A stretch of 64,000 bases of DNA from a virus (IMGVR_UViG_3300033463_000001:32001-96000); one strand, 5' to 3'; counted from the stretch's first letter, positions 26,325 to 36,613 are shown. Notes: a model not told the origin generated them from the letters alone. Made by a program: numbers and translations.

Positions 26325-27092
26325 TTAATCCTCCGGCTCGCTCATGTCATACCACGCCTCGTCCGGCTCAAACAGCCCATTCTCAATTTGAGCAAGGATT
26401 GCCTCTGCGAGGTCTTCGTCCGCTTGGTTGTACACGTAGTCCGCACTCGTAGTGTACTCTTCCTCCTTATATGGCGAGTAGAGACGCATGTACATGCTCG
26501 TTCCATCTCCGAACTCGATTGAACGAACTGCGCAGTCGATATTGTCCTCATCAGGCACGCTGTACGCAACGTACGGCTCTTCGTCCTTTGGGAAATAAAT
26601 TGTGTTCGTGCCGAACGTCTCCTTGAACAAAGAGATTGTGTGCGCGAGCAGTTTCTTTGCCAAGATACCAGCGTTGGTGCGCAGGCGGTTGATACGTACT
26701 ACCTCTGCTTTGAGGTCATCCAGCGAATGAGGGTCAGTAGGAACGTCATCGTCCCAACGGAAGAACTCAACTACGCGCAGTATGCAGAAATCCTCTTTGG
26801 TTGAGTAGAACCCAGCCTTGTCTCCCTCTTCGAAATCGTAGAGTTGAGATACATCAGGAACGTGCGCGAGCAGTTGCAGGAACTCTCCCAAGCCGTTGCA
26901 GTAGAACATTACCTCATCATCGAATGGGTTGTTTTCGTTGCCGTCCGGATTGGAATTGAGAGCAATCACGTCTTCGTAGTAGCGAACTTCGTTGTGGAAA
27001 CGAACCTCGCAGCGTGCGTAGTTGGGCACAATGCCATTGCGTTGAACGAACTCCGTGAACTGATTGAGTACTTGTTTTTCCAATGTAGTCAT
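26325..27092 (-). CDS. hypothetical acidic protein
   Basis: start reassigned to MTTL after pseudoknot. Confidence 0.85.
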   Translation of the reverse strand: MTTLEKQVLNQFTEFVQRNGIVPNYARCEVRFHNEVRYYEDVIALNSNPDGNENNPFDDEVMFYCNGLGEFLQLLAHVPDVSQLYDFEEGDKAGFYSTKEDFCILRVVEFFRWDDDVPTDPHSLDDLKAEVVRINRLRTNAGILAKKLLAHTISLFKETFGTNTIYFPKDEEPYVAYSVPDEDNIDCAVRSIEFGDGTSMYMRLYSPYKEEEYTTSADYVYNQADEDLAEAILAQIENGLFEPDEAWYDMSEPED

Positions 27093-27146
27093 AGTCAAAA
27101 ATCGGTTGAGTAGCCACCACCGAAAGGCTTTACTTGTGAAACTCGG

Positions 27147-27235
27147 TACAAAGGTAAGTAAAAATTTTGGAATATGCAAATTTTTTTAAAGAAAAATACT
27201 AAAAAACTTCATTTTGCCAAGTGGACTTTGCAAAA
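27147..27235 (-). promoter_or_regulatory. early cassette head: promoter + palindrome
   Basis: offset 65. Confidence 0.85.
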
Positions 27236-27254
27236 TCCACCCAAATCCAGATTG

Positions 27255-27442
27255 GTTTCTTTCTTTTATATTTTCTTTCTTTGAATAATATATCTTATTC
27301 TATTAAATTTATATTATTATTTTTTTTCTTTTTTATTTATATTTTTTTTCTTTGTGAACCTACTCTGAATGGACCCTGTGTGGTTAAGGACTAACACGTG
27401 TGTGCGTGCGTGTGCGCGCGAGGAAAGAGAAAGAGGGAGAGA
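27255..27442. other. low-complexity block: T-rich tract, alternating purine-pyrimidine run, homopurine run
   Basis: direct reading. Confidence 0.7.
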
Positions 27443-27443
27443 G

Positions 27444-28079
27444 TTACTCATCCCCCTTGTCTGTCTTCAAACCAACGAAGTAGTACAGAGCGCAGTCAGC
27501 CTCCAGAACCTCCAGACAGAGGTCGTAGGACATGTCAGCCCAATCCTTGTGGTTTTCCTCTTCAATCATGTAACCAAGCACAATTCCGAAGTAGCGGTCA
27601 TCGTCCAAGAGGCGGTCGAACCAATCATCGTAATTGCTTGATATATAGGACATAAAGCCATCCCTACTCGTCCAATCTTTCCGAATGCGTTCGCGCATGG
27701 TCTGCTCATGGTCTTTCATCCATTGAGACATGACTTCGTACCAACCATCCATAAGGGTAGCCTTTGCGAAGACCTTATCCGTGCTGAAATTGTACATAGC
27801 CGGACTGGATAGGTGGTCAAATTCCAAATTCGAAACTATGTTCTTTGGAATAATTCCAAAGAAAATCTCCACGAACTTCCGGCTCACCGCGTCCTCATAG
27901 TCGCGTACACGAACCTCGATGTCATCGTACTCAACATTCTGTCCGTCATCCTTATAGGACTGAACCGTCTCTTCGATGGTGTCATCAATGTATGACGAAG
28001 ACTCTAAAATGCTTTCGTAAAAGCCTGGGAAAAACAGCACTTCAAAGGTTGCCGCAACCTTAATCTCATCTACTTTCAT
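27444..28079 (-). CDS. hypothetical acidic phage protein
   Basis: FPGFYES...SPAMYNFSTD...TSRDGFMS pattern. Confidence 0.85.
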   Translation of the reverse strand: MKVDEIKVAATFEVLFFPGFYESILESSSYIDDTIEETVQSYKDDGQNVEYDDIEVRVRDYEDAVSRKFVEIFFGIIPKNIVSNLEFDHLSSPAMYNFSTDKVFAKATLMDGWYEVMSQWMKDHEQTMRERIRKDWTSRDGFMSYISSNYDDWFDRLLDDDRYFGIVLGYMIEEENHKDWADMSYDLCLEVLEADCALYYFVGLKTDKGDE

Positions 28080-28098
28080 AACAAACGATTATTAGGGG

Positions 28099-28458
28099 TT
28101 AATCTTGTGCGCGGTAATTTGCGCTATACTCATCATCATATATCCACCAATACGGATAACGCTCTTGCGGTTTCGCCTCCTTGATTGACTTGTAGTCGAT
28201 AGGGAAGAGTGATATTGCCTCCACGAAACCATTCGGTTGGTTGTAACTATCCAAAGGCAACCACCAATAGGTTCGTCTTGTTTCAATCCGGTCAACAACC
28301 TTGCCCTGCGCGGTGAGGATGGTGATGATTTCTTTGTATTCCTCTTCGATGTTGTCGCTATCAAGGGTGAACCCAACAACGTCACCGGAGGTACATATTG
28401 CGATATGTGTCGCGTCCGGCATGGATGTGCCGTAAAGTTCCATCTGTAACATAGCCAT
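28099..28458 (-). CDS. hypothetical protein
   Basis: TAATG coupling. Confidence 0.75.
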   Translation of the reverse strand: MAMLQMELYGTSMPDATHIAICTSGDVVGFTLDSDNIEEEYKEIITILTAQGKVVDRIETRRTYWWLPLDSYNQPNGFVEAISLFPIDYKSIKEAKPQERYPYWWIYDDEYSANYRAQD

Positions 28459-28760
28459 TAGATTTGAAAGCCCAGCGCAGCGCGAGCCTTGTCATACAAT
28501 TCAATCAGTCTGTCCTCGCTCAATGTGGAGAGTTCCACCGACCTGATGTCAAGACTATTCTCGTTGCAGACCCACAAGAGAACGCGTCTGTTGCTCGGCT
28601 CGCCAATCAGTTGAAGACCATCTACCCAGCGGTAGCCACATATACCAACTTCAATCTCTGTCAGGCGGAGACTTCCAACCTCTTCGAAAGATAAGTAACC
28701 ATCCGAATTGAGCCTATCGGAATACCAATGTAACAAAGTTACCAATTCACTTCTGTTCAT
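28458..28760 (-). CDS. hypothetical protein
   Basis: first gene after promoter. Confidence 0.75.
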   Translation of the reverse strand: MNRSELVTLLHWYSDRLNSDGYLSFEEVGSLRLTEIEVGICGYRWVDGLQLIGEPSNRRVLLWVCNENSLDIRSVELSTLSEDRLIELYDKARAALGFQI

Positions 28761-28789
28761 ACTATTTTCCCTCCTTAATTAAAACTGGA

Positions 28790-28878
28790 TGCAAAGGTAT
28801 GTAAAATTTTTGAATTATGCAAACTTTTCGATGAAAAAATGTAAAATTTCTTAATTTTGCAAACTCAACTTTACAAAA
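28790..28878 (-). promoter_or_regulatory. early cassette head: promoter + palindrome
   Basis: offset 65. Confidence 0.85.
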
Positions 28879-28904
28879 TACCCCTATTTGCTATACCATA
28901 GTAC

Positions 28905-29528
28905 TTAATTTAGTACAACAACCTCCCGCTCATCGCCCAGAAACCTCCGTACGACCGCCGTGCGAATGCTGGCAAGTTCATCTGGTTTCATTGCCGCGTA
29001 GTAACGCATACCAACGATGTTTGCGGATGCCTCCAGAGTGTCGAGGAACTCCTTGTATCGTTTCCGGAAGACCACTTCGTAGTTAGGGAATATCTTGATG
29101 TCGGATAGCAAGTCCTTGATGTCCTCATCATTATAACCACGTGATATGCGCAGGCGCAGTTCGATGTCATCAACCAAGTCCTCCATCTGGTCATCGCTGA
29201 ACTCATAGGCACACATGGGTATCGGCAGTTTGTCGAAGAGACTTCTGGTTATCACCAAACCAGCGTTGGACTTGAACTCTTTATCCCTATTCCGGTACAC
29301 CTTTACCGGCTGGTCATCCTCCTGATTGAAGAGCACCTCCGGACGTGCCGTACGTATGGTATAGACTGCATAGAAACATGCAAGGCTTGCGGACGCGAAG
29401 ACGAAGAGATAATCTGCTCCGGTCTCTGCTCCTGCAAAGAGTGCTCCGGAGACCGAACACATTAAGAGTGTGATTGCGAATAACCAAATTGCCAAACCAA
29501 GTTGAAGAATATTAATGCTATGTTTCAT
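28905..29528 (-). CDS. membrane protein (2 N-terminal TM helices)
   Basis: two hydrophobic stretches then soluble domain. Confidence 0.78.
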   Translation of the reverse strand: MKHSINILQLGLAIWLFAITLLMCSVSGALFAGAETGADYLFVFASASLACFYAVYTIRTARPEVLFNQEDDQPVKVYRNRDKEFKSNAGLVITRSLFDKLPIPMCAYEFSDDQMEDLVDDIELRLRISRGYNDEDIKDLLSDIKIFPNYEVVFRKRYKEFLDTLEASANIVGMRYYAAMKPDELASIRTAVVRRFLGDEREVVVLN

Positions 29529-29586
29529 TGTTGTTGATGTTTATGGGTTATACATGATGTGGATTGTTGTCTTTCCAATACCCCAC

Positions 29587-30300
29587 TTAACGCAGGGTAA
29601 AGGAATAACGTGATGTGCTCTCCGCCTTAATCTTACCTTTAGGGGTCTTGATTACGAAGTGCGGGAACGTGTATTGCGTGCCGTAACGCTCACTCTCATA
29701 GTTGCCACGATTACAATCTTCGAACTCGTCCGTCTTCTCCATCTCCATTGAGATAGTGTCTCGTCCGGTTTTGTTAGCGCGCAGCCACTCCAAGATATTC
29801 GTGCAGTAGGTCTCGTTCTCCGCCATGTAGTTGACATTAGAGAGACTATCGTCCGAACGCTTGCGGCAGTTGTCTGCTATGTACATGTCCGTCAAGCCAA
29901 TGGTGGGCAGACCTTGCTTAATGAGCCACTTGTTCAACTTCGTGAATGCCTTACTCTCTTGCAGGCGGACGATAGAAGTGATTATCTCTACTTCATTGTA
30001 GATAGGGCAACGGAATATGTCGGTGCGTCCGCTATCAAGGAACGCTTTGCGCTTGCTCACCACAAGTCCCAACGCTTTGGCTGCTTTCTCAACGTGTTCA
30101 CTCGCCCTATCGTAGCCTAACACCTTGTCTTCGAAAGTCACGTTGCCGACCTTGTTCACGTAGTGGTGCAACTTCGCATCTTTCCATACTGCCCCGATAC
30201 GGCATTCCGAGAAATCTACGTCAACACGCTTTGAAGTCTTGAGAGCGGCATTGATAGCCTGCTTGATATTCTCAATCGTGAAAGTCAGTTTCTTATCCAT
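29587..30300 (-). CDS. hypothetical protein
   Basis: start reassigned to MDKK after pseudoknot. Confidence 0.85.
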   Translation of the reverse strand: MDKKLTFTIENIKQAINAALKTSKRVDVDFSECRIGAVWKDAKLHHYVNKVGNVTFEDKVLGYDRASEHVEKAAKALGLVVSKRKAFLDSGRTDIFRCPIYNEVEIITSIVRLQESKAFTKLNKWLIKQGLPTIGLTDMYIADNCRKRSDDSLSNVNYMAENETYCTNILEWLRANKTGRDTISMEMEKTDEFEDCNRGNYESERYGTQYTFPHFVIKTPKGKIKAESTSRYSFTLR

Positions 30301-30361
30301 AATTTCAGTCGGTTTGAGTACCACCACCGAAAGGCTCTAAAGGGTTGTTTTCAAAAATCTG

Positions 30362-30450
30362 TGCAAAGATAAGTAAAATTTTTGAAATATGCAAATATTT
30401 TGGAAAAAATCGTGCAAAAAAGTTTATTTTGCTAAGTTCACTTTGCAAAA
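30362..30450 (-). promoter_or_regulatory. early cassette head: promoter + palindrome
   Basis: offset 65. Confidence 0.85.
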
Positions 30451-30546
30451 TGGGGGCTTTCGACCCCCATTCGCTCCGGACACTCATTGTATGAAATATT
30501 ATTCAAAATGAGCAAAAACACGGCTTTTTGCGTAATATTTTATACA

Positions 30547-31545
30547 TTAGTACGTACCGGCTGTGTTGTTTTCCCACTTATCAACCAACTCGTCCCAATC
30601 GGTCAGGGAGAAATCCTTGTTTCGGTAGCAATAGCAGCCGAGATAGTTGGAGATTTTGCCCCAAAGGTCATCATCGTCCTCATAAGTAGTGGGGTCTCCG
30701 TCCTTTGCCAAACGCTCTTTGACGAAAGCGATGAACTTCTCTTCCAAGAAGTACGATAGGTCTTCTGCGAAGTCTATCTCATGCAGGAGCGTACTGAAAC
30801 ATTGCCAATCAACCTCTTCCAGCACGAAGTTAGTTACACGCTCAACGAACTCATCAAACCATTGACTATCAGCAAAAGCGGGAAACGTCCACTTAACCAA
30901 CTCTATGGTCTCTTTCAATGCGCTTTGATAGGTGCAGACACCACCCCACTCAATCAGACGTGCGAGGTTGCTATCGTTGATAATTATCTCATCATCGTTG
31001 AAGTCGCATTCGGCTATATAGCAGACGTTGTTCGTCTTGTTCTTAACTTCGTTCATGTCCTTGAACACATAGCCGTTATCGGTATGTCCGGCAGTATAGC
31101 GGACACCGCCCTCTACTTCCTCTCTTGTGCCAACCATAGGCTCGTATTCGTAATCGTACATGAACGATATGAAGTTCACGTCAAGAATGGAGAAACCAAA
31201 GCGTGTGGGACGGAAATAGTAGTCTTTGTCTTCCTGCGTCTCCGTATAGGCTGTAATCTCATTGAGATAGTCAACGCGAGACGTGAAGTCGGCAGGCAGG
31301 AAGTCCACTTGCGAGCAGAGACTAACCACTTCGCCAATGTACTTGACACATTGTGTGCCACCCTCAAATGACTTTCCGTCACGTGTGATGAAGACGCAAT
31401 CGTCCTCAACCGCACCATTATCGTGGCGAACCAGCACGTTGATTGCTATCGGCATGGGGAGATTTCCGTGTAAAACGTGACCCATATCATTCTCAACCAA
31501 AAAGTCCTCAAAAGTCTGCATTAACTTGCGTTCTACTGCATTCAT
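30547..31545 (-). CDS. hypothetical highly acidic protein
   Basis: 332-aa ORF. Confidence 0.85.
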   Translation of the reverse strand: MNAVERKLMQTFEDFLVENDMGHVLHGNLPMPIAINVLVRHDNGAVEDDCVFITRDGKSFEGGTQCVKYIGEVVSLCSQVDFLPADFTSRVDYLNEITAYTETQEDKDYYFRPTRFGFSILDVNFISFMYDYEYEPMVGTREEVEGGVRYTAGHTDNGYVFKDMNEVKNKTNNVCYIAECDFNDDEIIINDSNLARLIEWGGVCTYQSALKETIELVKWTFPAFADSQWFDEFVERVTNFVLEEVDWQCFSTLLHEIDFAEDLSYFLEEKFIAFVKERLAKDGDPTTYEDDDDLWGKISNYLGCYCYRNKDFSLTDWDELVDKWENNTAGTY

Positions 31546-31576
31546 AATCGTATGATTTTAAAAGATGAAACATTGT

Positions 31577-31981
31577 TTAGAAGATAGGTGCGAACTTCCT
31601 ATCTTCCACCTTGTACATTGTGAAGACCACGTTCGCTTGGTCGTAGTTATCGTAGCCGAATATGTCTTGGTAGTTCTCCAAGTTCTGCTCTTCGCGAATG
31701 CTGCGCATGTCCTCTTTGACCAATGCTGCATAATCGTCCCCATAAATCTCATCAGGAATGTATGCGAGCCGGCTCAAAACTCCGTACGTGTTCAAGACAC
31801 CTCTCTTCACGTAGTTCTTCAAGGAACGCATAGCCGCGCGCTTATTCGTGAAAAACGCTACACCCTCGTCATAGTACGCATGCTGCTTATCATATACCCC
31901 AGCATAACTATCATACTCATCATTGTCCTTGCGGAGCAGAACTCCAACCTCCACCTTGTAGATATTGATTACTCTCTTCAT
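31577..31981 (-). CDS. hypothetical protein
   Basis: operon packing. Confidence 0.8.
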   Translation of the reverse strand: MKRVINIYKVEVGVLLRKDNDEYDSYAGVYDKQHAYYDEGVAFFTNKRAAMRSLKNYVKRGVLNTYGVLSRLAYIPDEIYGDDYAALVKEDMRSIREEQNLENYQDIFGYDNYDQANVVFTMYKVEDRKFAPIF

Positions 31982-31995
31982 AGCCGTACGTGTGT

Positions 31996-32217
31996 TTAGT
32001 TGAACATATTGGTATATACACCCTCTTCATCAGCCGCAGCGTGCGCGTCCAAACTCTCAATAGAGATAAACGGAGGAAAGTCCGTTCCAGCCGTTTGACG
32101 AATGGTCACGATAGCGTCAGGACTGAACGCTACCACGTTCTTTAGCAAACGGAGTAAATCTTTTGCAGAGATTTCTTTCATAATCTCCATGCTACTAAAT
32201 GCTTGTTGTTGTGCCAT
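31996..32217 (-). CDS. hypothetical protein
   Basis: start reassigned to MAQQ. Confidence 0.7.
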   Translation of the reverse strand: MAQQQAFSSMEIMKEISAKDLLRLLKNVVAFSPDAIVTIRQTAGTDFPPFISIESLDAHAAADEEGVYTNMFN

Positions 32218-32242
32218 AGTTGTGATGATTTTCAAATTCGAC

Positions 32243-32331
32243 CGCAAAGGTATGTAAAATTTTTGACATACGCAAATTTTTGGCTAAAAATCGTTCGAAA
32301 AACTTCAAATTGCAAAGTCCAGTTAGCAAAA
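32243..32331 (-). promoter_or_regulatory. early cassette head: promoter + palindrome
   Basis: offset 65. Confidence 0.82.
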
Positions 32332-32498
32332 AAAGCACTACACGTCCGGTTTTTTATGTTTTACCTTACGTGTATATGCCTTCTTCGAAACCTCAACCTT
32401 ATTGTGGTTAATTGGTTTCCCATGTGCAGCAATCTCTTCCTCACGGCTTTGTCTCCGTGCCGCCTTGATGATTGCCAATGTCTCCTTATTTGTCTTCG

Positions 32499-32801
32499 TC
32501 ACTCGCATGGCTCTGGTTCGTTTTTTGTCTGGAATGCCAACGCACGCAAGGCAGCGAAGAACTCCGGCGAATTGAGAGGTGCGCTATTGCATAGACGTTC
32601 TGCGCTACACATAGTCCGCAAATCTCCGATGAAGATATTACTCGTCTTCCATGCTTTCGCCAACTCAATAGCGTCCGACTTTGTGTCCGCATAGAAGAAC
32701 ACGCGTGTCTTCGGTTTGAGGTTGGGAGTGATACGATATTCGCCCTCAACGTAGAAGAGGGTCTCGCCTGCGTCCGGCTTATTTACAAAGTAGTGTAGCA
32801 T
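32499..32801 (-). CDS. hypothetical protein
   Basis: YADTKSDAIELA motif. Confidence 0.7.
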   Translation of the reverse strand: MLHYFVNKPDAGETLFYVEGEYRITPNLKPKTRVFFYADTKSDAIELAKAWKTSNIFIGDLRTMCSAERLCNSAPLNSPEFFAALRALAFQTKNEPEPCE

Positions 32802-32835
32802 AGTCTTTCAGTTACGTGTTATACAATTATGTTAA

Positions 32836-33189
32836 TTAGTCCTCATCTGCGTTCTCCGGCTTGATTTTGTCGAGGACGTGCTCCAATATGTCTGCGTAGT
32901 CCGTGTACGGCTCACAAACGAGATAGACGTTACTCTTTGTGTCTCCCAAATCGTCCGAATAGACGGTCGCGTAGAGCGTGTCATTGACGAGGTTCAGTTT
33001 TAAGATTTCCACCAAGTAGTAGCCACTATTAAAAGCCGATGAGACAAATTGCGGTGCGTTATTACGCTCAAAGGTTATCTCTCCACCCAGTTCAGCAATG
33101 AGTGTCTCGCATGCCCTGCGAGTGTTACGTACTGCGGAATTGTAGGTTGCGATGAGGTTTTGACCTAACTTAAAAAGTGCCTTAATCAT
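32836..33189 (-). CDS. hypothetical protein
   Basis: preceded by pseudoknot. Confidence 0.8.
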   Translation of the reverse strand: MIKALFKLGQNLIATYNSAVRNTRRACETLIAELGGEITFERNNAPQFVSSAFNSGYYLVEILKLNLVNDTLYATVYSDDLGDTKSNVYLVCEPYTDYADILEHVLDKIKPENADED

Positions 33190-33234
33190 AGATAAAAATG
33201 TCGGTTGCCCTATACACCGAAAGGTCTTGCGTTA

Positions 33235-34020
33235 TTATTCCTCGTTGACATAGGAACGGAATGCGTCCCAAGAAAACTCCATGCTCGTTTCGCCACAAAG
33301 CGGCTCGCGGTGGCACATGTGGTTGATACCGAATGCGTCCTTGAAGAACGTGAACGTTGAACCGCTATGCCAACCAACGCAACCAAGTTCGTTGCCGTAG
33401 TGCTCCAAGCATAGTGCTGCGTATGGTGGTAAGCCGTTATCGCAGGCTCTCTTGCCTATTGCTATTCTCGCACGAAACTTATCTCCGTACTTATTACCGA
33501 GTATCTCGTTAGCCACCTTGACACATTCGTTCATCAAGTCTTCAATACTCGGCTCGGTAGCACCGCGAGCAATACGTGCCGCATTTGCCTTATTTTGCTC
33601 TGCTACCCATTTCTTAACGAAAGCCACAATAGCCGCACGTTGCTCATCAGTCAAGTCATGTTTCGCGTCTCTATGGAACGTTGCGTAGCCTTGTTTACAA
33701 TCGGTTGGGTCTTGCTCACATAGGGTCTGCTTTTTCCATGAGCGGTTTGTGATTTCAATGCTGAATGTAAATGCTCCCTTGCTCCATTCGTTAGTGCTGA
33801 CGCACCAATACATTTCCGAGACACCCCAATTCGTTGTGACACCATAGGAAGTCTCTTGCACCCTATACCCAAAGGCTGGGTTGAGAGATTGTAGGTTCAT
33901 GCGTCCGTTACGTCCGTCCAATCGTCCGGCAGTAGTGCCATAGAGTGATAGACCCGTGCGTGCGTCATACTTCTCCAAATTGATTGCACTCAATTCTTTT
34001 TTGAACTCTTCGTAAGTCAT
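33235..34020 (-). CDS. hypothetical protein
   Basis: 261-aa ORF after promoter. Confidence 0.85.
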   Translation of the reverse strand: MTYEEFKKELSAINLEKYDARTGLSLYGTTAGRLDGRNGRMNLQSLNPAFGYRVQETSYGVTTNWGVSEMYWCVSTNEWSKGAFTFSIEITNRSWKKQTLCEQDPTDCKQGYATFHRDAKHDLTDEQRAAIVAFVKKWVAEQNKANAARIARGATEPSIEDLMNECVKVANEILGNKYGDKFRARIAIGKRACDNGLPPYAALCLEHYGNELGCVGWHSGSTFTFFKDAFGINHMCHREPLCGETSMEFSWDAFRSYVNEE

Positions 34021-34057
34021 AATCTATACGTGTTTTAGGGTTGAACTTCAAATCGAG

Positions 34058-34146
34058 TGCAAAGGTAAGTAAAAATTTTGATATATGCAAATTTTCGAGC
34101 AGAAAAATGCAAAAAATCTCATTTTTGCAATCTCTACTTTGCAATT
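34058..34146 (-). promoter_or_regulatory. early cassette head: promoter + palindrome
   Basis: offset 65. Confidence 0.82.
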
Positions 34147-34343
34147 TTCTTGTTTTTACTCTTCAACTCTTCCACAATCTCTCCCAGCAGACAACCGATG
34201 ATGAGAAAGAAGTTGAACCCAGCGACCAGCATGTTTGTCACTCCACTAATTATATCAGCGTTGGACAACTGATACAAACCGATGAAGATGAATATCAACG
34301 CGAGCAGTAGGTTTACCCAATAGTATTTGTACATGTACGGCAT
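34134..34343 (-). CDS. small membrane protein (2 TM)
   Basis: two hydrophobic helices, basic tail. Confidence 0.65.
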   Translation of the reverse strand: MPYMYKYYWVNLLLALIFIFIGLYQLSNADIISGVTNMLVAGFNFFLIIGCLLGEIVEELKSKNKKIAK

Positions 34344-34376
34344 AGTGATACGTATTAAAAGTGTTAGTGGTTAATA

Positions 34377-34706
34377 CTACATGAACAAACCCAAATACGG
34401 AGCGAAGTGCTCGCTGATGAGAGAGTTCAGTTTTGCTTCTTGCTTAATCTTCTCTGCGTAAGCCTTGCGGTCTTCCTCGCCCATGTCCATGTACTCCTGC
34501 AAGCGTCTGTTCCAATCTTCGAATTGGTTCAGTTTGTCTCGCATTTCCATTTTCTCCTGCTCGGCTTTCATAGCACGCGCGGAGAGTTCCTTGTTGCGCT
34601 GACGAAGACGTTCGATTTCCTCTTCCAATCGTTCCGTCTTCGCCTTGTACTGCGCAGCGAGTTTGTTACGCATGTTTGCCTCTATGGCTTTGCGTGTTTG
34701 TTTCAT
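34377..34706 (-). CDS. coiled-coil protein
   Basis: heptad-rich charged helix. Confidence 0.8.
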   Translation of the reverse strand: MKQTRKAIEANMRNKLAAQYKAKTERLEEEIERLRQRNKELSARAMKAEQEKMEMRDKLNQFEDWNRRLQEYMDMGEEDRKAYAEKIKQEAKLNSLISEHFAPYLGLFM

Positions 34707-34709
34707 AAC

Positions 34710-34910
34710 TTATGCGGTTACAATTTCATCGTCCGGCTGGTTGCTCCAATGGCAATCTCCGTTGTTATCAATGACGCGAATAGCGTCTTCCTCTGGGTTG
34801 CGCGCTGCGGCTTTTGCTTGTGCGTACTTGATAGCCGCAGCCTTGACCTTATAGACGTGGTTGATGAACTTACAATTCATTTCCACATAGAATTTTGTCG
34901 GTTTATCCAT
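34710..34910 (-). CDS. hypothetical protein
   Basis: operon packing. Confidence 0.7.
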   Translation of the reverse strand: MDKPTKFYVEMNCKFINHVYKVKAAAIKYAQAKAAARNPEEDAIRVIDNNGDCHWSNQPDDEIVTA

Positions 34911-34923
34911 AGTGGCTGGAGTG

Positions 34924-35172
34924 TTAAAGGTTAATAATGTCGTTAATCAGACAAGTGTACGTGCTTTCGCTAATTTCATCAAACCCATAAGGCTCAAAAT
35001 CATTAACATATTCTTCTTTCCCATAAGGACAAGCGTGAACTCCGTCTTTGTCGGCATACTGCGCATAGTATCCGTCATAACTTTCTCCGTTCCAATTTCC
35101 GTCAATAGGAACATTACCACCGAAATCTACGCGACCTGCTTTTGCTTTCTCAATCAATTCTTGTTTACTCAT
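34924..35172 (-). CDS. hypothetical acidic protein
   Basis: start reassigned to MSKQ downstream of promoter. Confidence 0.75.
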   Translation of the reverse strand: MSKQELIEKAKAGRVDFGGNVPIDGNWNGESYDGYYAQYADKDGVHACPYGKEEYVNDFEPYGFDEISESTYTCLINDIINL

Positions 35173-35233
35173 AAGAATAAGTGTTTTAAGGGTTATGCAT
35201 TGTTGCCGACAATGGTTCGTTGTTAAATTCGGC

Positions 35234-35322
35234 TGCAAAGGTAAGTAAAATTTTTGAATTATGCAAATATTTTGGTGAAAAAATGCAAAATTTCTTACTT
35301 TTGCAAAGTCAAGATAGCAAAA
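35234..35322 (-). promoter_or_regulatory. early cassette head: promoter + palindrome
   Basis: offset 65. Confidence 0.85.
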
Positions 35323-35356
35323 TGGGGTGTTTTTGTATATGCACCCCATTCGCTTA

Positions 35357-35842
35357 TCACATGTGCAGACGCGTCTCCGAGATATAGAAAGTAGTGTGTT
35401 TCTCGTTATAGCGACCATTCAAATAGCACTCCCAATGGTTGAGCAAGCCGGTCTGCATATCGGTTGTCTTGCAGATAGTATAATCCTCATCATCTTCCTT
35501 AACGTCACACTCCCAAGTCTCTCCGCTTGCCAGCATTTCATTAACCTTGAACGTTAGGAACTCATAGGCTTTGTCCTTTGAGAGGAAGACACCAAGTGGT
35601 TGTGTGCTGGTCTCATCATCGACTGCGAAGTCCATGATTACCGCATAAGCCTTTGGGAATATATTCTTGTCGAACTCATCGTTAGCCGGAGTTTCGATAA
35701 GTGCCTGGTGTACCACCGCGCTGGACTGACCGGTCTCTTTCATAACCTGCTCGGCTATGTTGAGTGCTTCGACATGATTGGACGCATTAACCGGAAAGCG
35801 GTGTGTGAACTGATATGTTGTTTCTACCAAAAAAGTCTTCAT
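35357..35842 (-). CDS. hypothetical two-domain protein
   Basis: VNASNHVEA and LGVFLSKDKA motifs; start MKTF. Confidence 0.78.
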   Translation of the reverse strand: MKTFLVETTYQFTHRFPVNASNHVEALNIAEQVMKETGQSSAVVHQALIETPANDEFDKNIFPKAYAVIMDFAVDDETSTQPLGVFLSKDKAYEFLTFKVNEMLASGETWECDVKEDDEDYTICKTTDMQTGLLNHWECYLNGRYNEKHTTFYISETRLHM

Positions 35843-35903
35843 AGGTCTTGAATATACTAAATTAAGTACAATAGGGTTCGTTGTTTGCGAGAGAGTGGGC
35901 GGT

Positions 35904-36179
35904 TTATACCAACCCACGTCTCATTAAGTCCATGCGCTTGGCGAGCCGTTCGCTTTGAAACCATTGTGGCTTACCCTCTTGGAGCGCACGATATTTGTCT
36001 GGGTACTGACGTGCCACCTCACGCTCGCACTTATGGGAGCAGCAGTAATCATCTTCACGTCTTTTCCGGAAGTGACGCTCGCATATCGGACAGATACATA
36101 CGGAGTCCACCGGACGCGCCACGTTATTGTTGATTACTCGGATTGCGAATGGAAGTTGTTCTTGCGACTTGTTAGCCAT
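35904..36179 (-). CDS. small Zn-finger protein
   Basis: CPIC...YCCSHKC. Confidence 0.72.
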   Translation of the reverse strand: MANKSQEQLPFAIRVINNNVARPVDSVCICPICERHFRKRREDDYCCSHKCEREVARQYPDKYRALQEGKPQWFQSERLAKRMDLMRRGLV

Positions 36180-36271
36180 AGTTGTGTACGATTGCCTTGT
36201 ATCATCGTGAGGTTGTTAGGGGTTGAGAAAAAAGGTGCACTTAATACGTGTCGTGCGCAACCTCCGGCGGC

Positions 36272-36613
36272 TTATGCCGTGTGCCGCCAATCGACATTGC
36301 GTGTGCCCTCGATGTCGAAGTCATTGACCCACTCGCAACCATTTTGATACCACTTACCGCTCTTGCGTGTGATACCTGCGCCCATAGCGTTCAGGCGGCT
36401 CTTGGTGGTGTTCGTTCCGCACGTCTCGCCCTCGCGTCTGCGTCCAGCGTCCGAAAACTCATAGGTCTTCGTCTTGCGGTCATAGGTGGCTATTAGGTGT
36501 CCGTGCAGGTACACACACGTTGTGTCTCCCTTGGTTGCCACTTGGGTGTTACCCTGCGAAAAGTTGCGTCCACTCTCGATAGCGTTCAGCATTGCAATTT
36601 CGATTTTCTTCAT
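36272..36613 (-). CDS. conserved phage protein
   Basis: MKKIE..M..AI...VYLHGHLIA...TTKSRLNA, a pattern seen in myovirus early genes. Confidence 0.8.
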   Translation of the reverse strand: MKKIEIAMLNAIESGRNFSQGNTQVATKGDTTCVYLHGHLIATYDRKTKTYEFSDAGRRREGETCGTNTTKSRLNAMGAGITRKSGKWYQNGCEWVNDFDIEGTRNVDWRHTA

